From positions 274,846,001-274,910,000 of the forward strand of contig OZ024742.1 in the NCBI GenBank assembly GCA_964016885.1: a stretch of DNA of 64,000 nt. The letters are read 5' to 3'. Numbering within the stretch: position 1 is the stretch's first letter; each line of letters opens with the position of its first letter. This stretch comes from Eledone cirrhosa (lineage: Eukaryota). Below are positions 53,731 to 64,000 of the stretch, one piece after another. The translations under genes were made by a program, and so were the position numbers. The notes beneath the pieces are model-generated. The model was not told the DNA's origin. It was given only the letters and a program-made list of their open reading frames with translations, and ran no database searches.

Positions 53731-54220
53731 ATTTGATTGGTCGGTAGAGGTCACGTGAATGTTAAAAATTGATTTTAGCGCGAACTGGTTTGGCGCCAAA
53801 TATAGGTTTGTCGAAGAGTGTCCTTTTTCGCTTGATTGAGTTGCAGTCATGTTGAGAAGTCACTGAAAAACATGTCTATTAAGACAAATATGTGTGTGTA
53901 TGTGTGTATGTGTGTATGTGTGTGTGTGTGTGTGTGTAGTAAAGAGGTTCATTGTTGTGATAATGGTCAGTAGGGATGTGTGTGAGAGTTGCAGTCATGT
54001 TGAAAGGTCAACAGTTCAGGTGTCTATTAAGACAAATATGTGTGTGTGTGTGGGTGTGTGTGTAGCAGAGTGGTTCGTGGTAGAGGGAATGAATCGGTCA
54101 GTAGGAATGTGTGTGTACGTGTGTGGGGGGTACTTTAACATGTTGAAACATATTTTTCAGCTCTTGTCTTATACGGAGAAGTGTGTGTGTGTGTGTATGT
54201 CTGTTTGTATGTTAGTGTAC

Positions 54221-54288
<68 letters not shown>

Positions 54289-54351
54289 ATGGATGGACCT
54301 ATCGAATAATGTACACCATTTTTACCAATATCACAAAAATACTGGTCCATC

Positions 54352-54383
<32 letters not shown>

Positions 54384-54720
54384 CACACACACACACATAC
54401 ACACATACATACACACACACATACACACGCGTACACTAACATACAAACAGACACACACACACACACACACTCACACACACACACATACACACACACACAC
54501 ACACACACTTCTCCGTATAAGACAAGACCTGAAAAATATGTTTCAACATGTTAAAACACGTTCACACACATTCCTACTAACCGATTCATTCCCTCTACCA
54601 CGAACCACTCTGCTACACATATTTGTCTTAATAGACACCTGAACTGTTGACCTTTCAACATCACTGCAACTCACACACACACATCCCTACTGACCATTAT
54701 CACAACAATGAACCTCTTTA

Positions 54721-54784
<64 letters not shown>

Positions 54785-54942
54785 TTGTTTTAATAGACAT
54801 GTTTTTCAGTGACTTCTCAACATGACTGCAACTCAATCAAGCGAAAAAGGACACTCTTCGACAAACCTACATTTGGCGCAAAACCAGTTCGCGCTAAAAT
54901 TAATTTTTAACATTCACGTGACCTCTACCGACCAATCAAAAT
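53731..54942. repeat. Large inverted repeat (arms ~53731-54296 / ~54345-54942, ~50-bp spacer)
   Basis: The arms are reverse complements and differ mainly in (CA)n lengths and a few substitutions. Confidence 0.9.
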
Positions 54943-55308
54943 TGTTTTGACTACAAGAATTTTTGCAACACGAATTGACGCTAAATTTATAATACTTATT
55001 CACGTGACATTCAACAACCAACCAAATCTTAATACCTCTGGAGCCACTTTTTTCACATAAAACAAGAAGAATTTGCAAAACTGATCAGATTAGAGCAAAC
55101 ATCACGAGCGCTCTATCTCAAAATTATTTTTGAAAAGCATTAGAAATGCGCAACCGGTAAAAACTTAAAACTAAAACTAAATACTAACCAATAGTTATTA
55201 CTAATTTTTACTTATTCCTAATTCAAATATTTTTCACTGGGAAACATTTTTCAGCATTTTCTATTCCTTTTTACTAATATATCACAATTCGTGTGTAACA
55301 CCTCTATT

Positions 55309-55367
<59 letters not shown>

Positions 55368-55374
<7 letters not shown>

Positions 55375-56442
55375 TAAAAGAGAAAACACAGGTAAGCATT
55401 AAGAGAAGGATTTTATCCAGGTATTTACGACCGTTTCATTGGTAAGTGCAACCTTATATTGCTATACTGCAAATAGCAGCCACTCAATTATAATTGTTGT
55501 TCACAGTCCAAATTTTCAAAATAGTAAGTTACTCTTGAAATAATTCTTAATATATAGAGAAAAACATTTATTTGGAATTGTATTTACTAGTATAGAGAGA
55601 GAGGAATCAGGAGGTGAGGGGACAGACGGAATAGTATAGAGAGAGAGGAAGGGGGAAGAGGTAGGAAGTAGAATGACAAACTGTGATGGAGGGAGGGGTA
55701 GAGGTGGAAGGATTCTTTGGTCAGTTTTGATAGCAGACTTCATGTCGTGGAGTGTAGTGAGTTAAAGAGAATTAAATTGATCATAGTGGGAGGGGTGGAT
55801 AGAGAGGGAGAGAGAGAGGGGGGGGAGATATAAAGAGATAAATATATATATATAAAAATAAAGATAAAGATAATAATGACAAAAACAAAAGCAAAGGGGG
55901 TGAGAAAGAAGAAAAGAAAAGATAGCCAAGAAGTGGAGGGAAGGAAGGAGGAAAACGAAGAAATAGAAGAGGAATGAGGGAGAAGAGGGGGATATATGTA
56001 TTGGTTTTGTGGGTAATTAAAGGGTTTAGATACAAGAGGGTATAAAGTCTAAGTATATGCAGTTTATCAGTTGGTAGTAAGAGGTTAAGGGTTCGATTTG
56101 TAGTGCGAAAACTTCTCTTTGAGTCTATGGTTACAATAAATTGATCTCTCGATTTTATTGTTGAGTAACTTATTCTTCGAACTTAAGATATGGAACAGCT
56201 CAAGGTCGCATAATCGACAGCTTCTCATACCACTCCGATATGGGGGCGCGTTCGATAACTTTTTCCACTTCAGGGTGTATTGATGGTTACTTTCCCTTTG
56301 AAAATTTGGACTGTGAACAACAATTATAATTGAGTGGTTGCTATTTGCAGTATAGCAATATAAGGTTACACTTACCAATGAAACGGTCGAAAATACCTGG
56401 ATAAAATCCTTCTCTTAATGCTTACCTGTGTTTTCTCTTTTA

Positions 56443-56448
<6 letters not shown>
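55368..56448 (-). mobile_element. PLE 3' remnant with inverted pLTRs; U3-A8 HHR at 55422-55523 (-) and a damaged copy at 56298-56395 (+)
   Basis: KWK..PYRSGMRSCRLCDLE...LLN...CNH. HHR reads TATT TTGAAAA T TTGG...CCAA T GAAA CGGTCG TA AATA. Confidence 0.78.
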
Positions 56449-56490
<42 letters not shown>

Positions 56491-56509
56491 GCACATACTT
56501 CCACATATA

Positions 56510-57205
56510 TAACTTTGATAACTTTCGGCCAGTATTGGACCAGGCCATGTCTAACTTAATGACATCACATGGTGAAGTCTTTCAATTCAGGATTCGGACA
56601 CCATAGCCCACTCATATAGAGAGTTACTGTACTGTTTACGGAGACATATCTGGGTGTAAGAGGTTTATCCAATATTTCTTGAAAGAATTTGTCGAAATAC
56701 TTCTTCAATAATATGGGGTCCGTCTCTGTTTTAATGTCTTTTGATGTAATGTTAAAGAGGTGAAATAATTGTGCCCTATTATTGAGATGTGAGTGTGGTT
56801 ATTGTTGTAGGCGTATAACTTGGGGCCCAATCCTTAGGTGTACCTTGAAAATGATGCCAACACGATTTGGGCAACGCTGATGGAATATTTTCCACATCAG
56901 GCAGATAATGTAGCAATGACGGTGACGCTGAGGAGCATAAAGCTTGAGCTTCTCTATTCGATACCAATAGTCAAAGCCTATCAAGCCATCTATCGTTTGT
57001 GTAATTGACTTTTGAGGTCTTTCAACTTTCTTTATACTTTGTTTCGTGTGAGGACTCCACAGTGGACATCAAATCTCTCGACTGGAAAGTTCTGAGAATC
57101 CGGGAACACATTCTGCGGGCTATGTCAACTTTGCTGTTTATAGGAGTGGCCCAGCTTAAATTGTTCTCCACAAATACTCTCAAGTCACTGTTATTGTTGG
57201 ATTCC
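56510..57205 (-). mobile_element. 3' fragment of a CR1/L2-group LINE (second copy)
   Basis: DLRVFVENNLSWATPINSKVDIARRMC; homologous to 11134-11860. Confidence 0.78.
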
Positions 57206-57230
57206 ATGAGGGTGTAGCGAATAATCCAGT

Positions 57231-60200
57231 TGTAACGAATAAGTGGATAGATGGAATTGTTGGTATGATGGTTTCAATGCAAAGAATAATACTAGGATTG
57301 TGTTGTTACAAAGTTTATTTTATCATAACAATATTCAATTTGAATACTGAATGATAAAATCTATAACATGAAATATTCGTACACTAATTTGGTGGCTCTT
57401 CGAGCCACGTAAATACAAGTATCACAGAATACGATTATAATATAATTTGTATTGTATCTGAAAATTTACAATGTGACAAACAGAAATGGTGCGTGTGAAA
57501 TTAAAATAGTGTGAACTTACTATGTGTGCGTGTTTGCGTATTAGTATATTTTCTTGTTTTAGCAGTAGTAGTAATCACTCAGCCAGGCGTGTGAGAAATT
57601 AGTGGACAGACGTTTTTCGTGAAGCGAGATTTGACTGAGTAGGTGAAATGTCCGTTCTTGTCTGTGGTATCACTTTTTCTGCCCGGGGCGTAAACAACCC
57701 CTGTATTTATAACGGTTGAAGTTAGAAGGATAGATATATCCTCTGACCTTTGGTTAGAATCTCCCAAGGGGTTGGTCTGCCAGGCGTAAAACAACTTAAA
57801 ACGATGGATATATTTGTCCTCTTTTTTTTGCCAGGTGTAAACAACATCTGACCTGTGTTTAGCATCTCCCAAGGAGTTGGTCTGTCGGTCGTAAACAACT
57901 AACCACGGCTTGTCCCAGAGGCGGGAAAGCTCAGATTCGGTTTCGAATCTTCGCTGCCGTTATAGTACCCCCCTTCCAGTGAGAACGCTAAAGATTGAAC
58001 GATCTAGGTGTATTTGAAATTAAGATAGGTATGACTAAGTGTGTTGTTGAAGAAAAACAGAAAAAAAAATACATTAAAGTCATTTACAAATAGGCGAAAT
58101 GAAAGAAAACAAGCAAAGCAAAACAAATTTACATGTTACATAATATTGAAAATGTTAATTCATTTCATAGAAATGGAAAAATGTTCTTTTGTCTGTTCTT
58201 TTGATGTGTATGATGCACAGAGTCAATTGATTTGTGTGTAGCAATAGTTCCTGACCGCAGAAATTGGCCGATTCGTTGAAATGTACAAATTAGCCGAAAT
58301 GTTGACCAGGTGCATAATTTGTACTTACCCGATAAACTTGTAGGCATCACGTGGGCCATCGAACTGTTCTTCCAGATTTGGTGTATCTGGGTTGTGCAGA
58401 ATTTGTCGTGTTTGTGTCGGGAAAAGTTGTTGGTGAGTTTGCTCGAGAAACGGTGGGTACTGGTGCCAAATCCTGTTCTATGAAAGCTTTTTTTAAACGG
58501 TTAATGGAGACGGTATTTCGTTTCCCGTTCAAGTCGAGAATCAAATACTTAGGGCGTTTCTGTATCACCTTATAGGGCCCAGAATACGGCGGACGAAGTT
58601 GTGATGGAATACCGTCATTTGTAACGAAAACATGCGTCCATGTATCGATGTCTTTTGGTATGTGTGACGTAACGTGCTGTGGTTTAGAGGCTGAAGGAGA
58701 CAGATGCGACATCGATGACCGTAAACGGTGCACATATTTTGTTGGGTCTGGAAGCTCATGTGGCGAAACAGGAGCGATCATTTGCCCGCGTAAAGCGAGT
58801 ACGGTGCCATAACCCATTTCAGCCGGAGAATGTCCGACTCCCTTCTTAACAGTGGAACGAATACCAAGAAGAATAAGTGGGAGGTATTCGAACGAGTTAG
58901 TGGTGTCTGCGTAAGCCTTGATGGCTGCTTTTAGCTGGCAGTGGAAACGTTCTACCATGTCGTTAGCTGCAGGGCGATTCCTCGTTGTACGGATGTGTTT
59001 ACACCCGAGGAGACGAGTCAGCTCGGAAAATAGGTGCGAATCGAACTGACGTCCTCTATCCGTAGTGATGGTCGCGGGTGTGCCCAAACGCGAAACCCAG
59101 TGAAACACTAGCGCTTCAGCGACAGTTTTCGCACTAATATCCGTCAGGGGAAAAAGCATCTGGCCAGCGTGAAAATCTGTCGACACAAGTGAGAAGATGA
59201 GTGTAGTTGTAAGAAGGAGGCAAAGGTCCAAAGATGTCTATGTGCACATGTTGGAACCGTGCATCAGGTGTTGCGAAAGAACCGATCGGGGCTTTGATGT
59301 GCCGGTGAATTTTCGCCTTCTGGCACACGATACAGTTCCTAGCCCATTCGCGGGTGTCCTTGTTGATGTTGGGCCACACAAAGCGGGCAACCATCAGTTT
59401 CTTCGTGGCACGGACGCCAGGATGTGCCAGAGAATGCAGTGCTGTAAAAACGTCGCGTCGATGTTTCCGGGGCACGTATAAGCGCTCGTGGCCTGTGGAG
59501 ATGTTGCACCAAATATAACCTGAAGAAGAGGGCAGCGGGCATTCCTGCAATTTCAAGGTTGATTTCCGTAGCTACAGTAGTTCCTGTTGATCCGCTGCAA
59601 TCTTCTGGAGATCGATAGTGACAGTGGTGTGGATTGCGTTAAGCTCCATGCGCGATAGGGCATCAGCTGCTGAGTTGGTGGCACCCTTAATGTACCGAAT
59701 GTCAGTAGTGTACTGAGAAATGAAGTCCAGATGTCGGACCTCCCTGGATGAGTGTCGGTCAGCCTTGGCGTTGAACGTGTACAGGAGAGGTTTGTGGTCA
59801 GTATATATGGAGAATACTCGTCCTTCTAGCATATGTCGAAAAATGCTTGACAGCAAGGTATGCTGCCAATAATTCACGACTGAATGTGCTGTACCTAGTT
59901 TCGGCGGGTTTTAATCGCTTAGAGAAAAAAGATACAGGTCGCCAAATATCGCCAGAGAGTTGTTTAAGCACACCTCCAACTACGAAATCGGATGCATCAG
60001 TCAATAAGTGGATAGATGGAATTGTTAGTATGATGGTTTCAATGCAAAGAATAATACCAGGATTGTGTTGTTACAGTGTTTATATTATTATAACAATATT
60101 CAATTTGAATATTGAATGATAAAATCTATAACATGAAATATTCGTACACTAATTTGGTGGATCTTCGAGCCACGTAAATACAAGTATCACAGAATACGAT

Positions 60201-60707
60201 TATAATATAATTTGTATTGTATCTGAAAGATACAATGTGACAGACAGAAATGGTGCGTGTGAAATGAAAATAGTGTGAACTTACTATGTGTGCGTGTGTG
60301 CGTATTAGTATACTTTCTTGTTTTAGCAGTAGTAGTAATCACTCAGCCAGGCGTGTGTGAAATTAGTGGACATGCGTTTTTCGTGAAGGGAGATTTGACT
60401 GAGTAGGTGAAATGTGCGTTCTTGTCTGTGGTATCACTTTTTCTGTATTTATAACGGTTGAAGTTAGAAGGATAGATATATCCTCTGACTTTTGGTTAGA
60501 ATCTCCCAAGGGGTTGGTCTGCCAGGTGTAAACAACTTAGAAGGATGGATATATCTGACACCTCTTTTTTTTGCCAGGCGTAAACAACATGTGACCTGTG
60601 TTTAGCATCTCCCAAGGGGTTGGTCTGCCGGGCCTAAACAATTAACCACGGCTTGTCCCAGAGGCGGGAAAGCTCAGATTCAGTTTCGAATTTTCGCCGC
60701 CGTTATA
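57231..60707 (-). mobile_element. Gypsy/Ty3 LTR retrotransposon with gag-PR-RT deleted; LTRs ~57231-57964 and ~60003-60707
   Basis: RNase H TDASD..FFSKRL..RYSTFSRELLA..TDHKPL..ADALSR; integrase H-H-C-C, TDRGRQF, ERFH, PYSGPY; PPT GGAAGGGGGG at 57968-57977. Confidence 0.92.
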
Positions 60708-60709
60708 AG

Positions 60710-61620
60710 AGTTTCACCCGAAGAAAGGTAGTATGGGAATTTCAGTGCCTCCTCTTTTCCAAAGTGTCCATGTGGGTCCCAACGACCACTCTCTCTCTCT
60801 GTCCAGCATGCCTTTCGCTGCACCTCCTCCAAACTTGTCTACAGACACCACTGGACGGAGTGCGGCGCGATCTATGTCGGACAGACCGGACTTCACCTGG
60901 AGGCTCGGTTCATTGAGCACCTCCGAGACAGTCGTCTCGTTGAAAGTTTGCCCATCGCCCACCACTTTGGCTCCGCCGGACAATTCGTTCGCAACCGGAC
61001 CGTCTGTGGGCTGATTGAGTGCCATGGGAGCCCGACGCCAGACTTAGTGCCGAAGAACGCACCATCATCACATTACAGACCTGCAGCCCGTCCCGGTTTG
61101 AACTCCCCACCTCTCTTCCTTTACCCTTCGACCGTTGCCCCTCCCATTACCCCTCCCTACCCCCATACTAACACCACTAAAACACTACCAACATTAATAG
61201 TCCTCTCAACTTCCAGCCGCACCCACACCCGCAGTGGTCCACCCCACCACTAATAATATTAACATCAACCCCACACACTCACTCAAACTTATGTACACAC
61301 CCTACAACCACCACTAACCCCCACGCACACATCCACATTAGACCACCCCACCACTAGTAATACTGTCCCCCAACCCTCTTTCCACTTTACAACACACACG
61401 CACATACACCAGCATATATACACTCACTCACACCAACCGGAAAACCATTCAGGAACATAAACATTTACACCATTGTCGCACACACACAACCATACATTCC
61501 CACGTATCCACACCACACAAAATTTACCCAGTAATACAGTATATTGAGAAGCTATGTTTTCAATTACCCCTAGAGTGAAGATCATAAAGTCAACGAAAAT
61601 TGTGTAAAAATCATATTAAT
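60710..61620 (+). mobile_element. Neptune-like PLE GIY-YIG 3' end with a pyrimidine/CA-rich 3' region
   Basis: Manual translation of ~60810-61105: FRCTSSKLVY...CGAIYVGQTGLHLEARFIEHLRD...PIAHHF...GLN. Confidence 0.7.
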
Positions 61621-62254
61621 TAAAAAAGGTATATCAAAATGTACAGACCCACCTTTATAACTATAAAACACCCCGAAGAAGAGAATGTTTTTTCCATAAT
61701 CAGTGTCGGTGCCATTACAGCGCTCGGTGACAGGTGTCAGGGTGATACGGTCAACACTTCTAATGAGATTTTAGACAACTCAAATATCGCACATGGTGAG
61801 AGTAACGAAAGTATGCGTACCAGAGAATACATAGTGGCTGGAATGGATCAAGAAACCGCTAGAAATGGCAGACTATAACCATTCAACTTAAAAAGCCGAT
61901 TAACATAAATAAATTAGGAGCCAAAGTATCAAATGAAAAAAACGGAGTTAAAGACTCATGTTATATATATATATATACGGAGTACTTTAACATTAAGTCA
62001 TGCAAATACCCACCAAGTGTTAAAGTTATGGCCCTTCGCATTAGACTTAGTTAATATGATCAACCAACTAAAATTTCCGTAAATACAATAATAATTTTCA
62101 AACAAAATTTCTAACGATATTTCTAATATAAAATCTTATAATAATATGTTTGTATCAAAAATTATATGAAGTTAACAATCAATTTTATACCCATCTTTTA
62201 ACATAAGTAAAACTACTAAATTTCAAAAGGCCACCTTTAATAAATAACAAATAC

Positions 62255-62466
62255 GATAATGATTTCTAGTATAGCCACAAGGCCAGTAATTTGGGTAGAG
62301 GGGAAAGGCGATTAAATCGACCCCAGCATGCTTTATTTTATTGACCACGTAAGGATGAAATGCAAAGTTAACCTTGGCGGGAGTTGAACTCAGAACGTAA
62401 AGGGCCATAACTCTTTACTGCAAATCATGTTGTCTGACGCTCTTCAATACTGCTAATCCACCGCCT
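62255..62466 (-). mobile_element. tRNA-derived SINE (same family as 15070-15459)
   Basis: B-box GAGTTCAACTCC and the same central domain. Confidence 0.8.
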
Positions 62467-62519
62467 TATAATACAAATAATGAAGCTAATTATACAATAA
62501 GAAAGTTAAGGTTATATAA

Positions 62520-63830
62520 TAGAACTGAAAGCCTAGGAAAATGAAGTGCTTATATTCAACTGAAAGACCATAAAATAGATTTCAATAGCCGACCTTGTTG
62601 TAGACTTATTAACCCTGCTAAAACAGAATTTTGGTCTTGCTAGTAAAAAGAAATCTTAAGAAATATCACTAAACAAATAAGAAGTAAGACAGAATTGTTC
62701 CAATGGTTAAATACGTCCTCAGTTATATCATGGTTTAATAATATGCAAGAGAAAAGTAAATCTAGATTTACCCAATTTGATATAATTTGGTATAATTCTG
62801 CCCTTATATCACTCACTCACTCTTAACAGATTTTGTTAGGAAATATACTGATATATCAGAACTAAAAAGAATGACATTTTTAATGCCACGAAAATATTAC
62901 TTTTTGCCAGAGACGAAACCTTGTTAAAAAAATCAAACCCAGAAAATCCTCAATGGGTTCATTTGATAGTGCTGATATATACGATTTAGTTAAGCCATAT
63001 CATAAACCAAATGAGAAATTAAGATATATATAAAGGGTCATGCCATCCCCTCATAGTATTTAAATACATCATCTCAAATATTAGTCATAACATATCTAAC
63101 CTCTCTTCCTACGAAGAAATAAATATTCAATAAAGAAGACCCTTATTATAATGAGCTTTTAAAAATAGTGGTTTTAATGAAAAATACATATATACCTAAT
63201 TCTAATAATACGAATACTCAGAAAAATGGAAAAAGGAAAATAATTCGGTTTATACAACAGTAAACAGAAATATAGGCGGAAAGTTCCTCACTCTCTTAGA
63301 CAAACATTTCGCCAAACAACATAGGTACAATAACATATTTAACAGAAATTCATTCAAGATTACCTATGCATGCAGTCCATCAATGAAAACCAAAATTACC
63401 AATAGGAAAACACCCAGAGAAAATACGGGATGTTCATGCATAAATGCAGGAAAATGTCCTCTACGGGACAAGTGTAATATGAGATCAATTGTATATGAAG
63501 CAACAGTGACATCTTTAAACACAATTCAATATGTTATCAGTGAGCAATATGTAGGAATGTCACAGGATAAATTTAAACAGCATCATTACGCATATGTCAC
63601 TTCTTTCAGACATCGGGATAAAAAGAAACCATGGTACTGGCAAAGGTAGTGAGGTAGATTAAAGAGCGTAGTATTCCATTGTAAATGGGTCAATTTTAGA
63701 CAAATCTAAAGAATATACAAAAGTTACAAGAAAATGTACTTTATGCATAAATGAAAAATATAGAACCTGAAATTTCAAAATAATTGCCTCAACTCAAAAT
63801 CAGAATTTTTTCTGTGTCTGAGTATAGGCA
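62520..63830 (+). mobile_element. Decayed, internally deleted PLE (FDITMGS type)
   Basis: RLINPAKTE, FTQFDI, MGSFDSAD, CSCINAGKCPLRDKC..IVYEA..YVG, KCTLC. Confidence 0.78.
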
Positions 63831-64000
63831 CGTGTGCCTATGTATATCTGTCTTAGTGATATGTGTAAAAGATAATGTCCACATATTTTTATATGCATCT
63901 TTATACCGAGTGCAGGTATGTATGCTAGTATATTGCTCTTGCGTACACCTACACACCAACACTCATGTAGGAACTATACATGCACAGACATATACTCCAC

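Noticed and set aside
60714-61025. GC-rich ORFs as a host exon
   Set aside because: Another plus-strand frame gives a PLE GIY-YIG domain, which explains the composition.

Overview
AT-rich, gene-free eukaryotic repeat DNA, probably an invertebrate and most likely a cephalopod such as Octopus (inferred from the SINE types and (TA)n density; not verified). No host gene, rRNA, tRNA gene or CRISPR array is supported. The window is a mosaic of decayed mobile elements, mostly inserted into (TA)n tracts. It holds more than a dozen Penelope-like element (PLE; RT plus C-terminal GIY-YIG) copies with direct or inverted pseudo-LTRs, RTE-like, CR1/L2-like and CRE-like LINE pieces, an internally deleted Gypsy element, Helitrons and tRNA-derived SINEs. 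Reading both strands by eye gives about 30 hammerhead ribozyme (HHR) motif copies, roughly one per 2 kb. Five loci are non-coding head-to-tail arrays of 520-708 nt monomers with one HHR per monomer, i.e. candidate large retrozymes (self-cleaving, possibly circRNA-forming, PLE-mobilised). Two of them (5.0-5.7 kb and 7.5-8.4 kb) form a family with a non-canonical U3-A8 core, an ~80/60-nt stem II insertion, a ~27-bp stem III and covarying helices. All ribozyme folds were assigned by manual pairing and none has been tested. Element boundaries are approximate unless exact motif coordinates are given.
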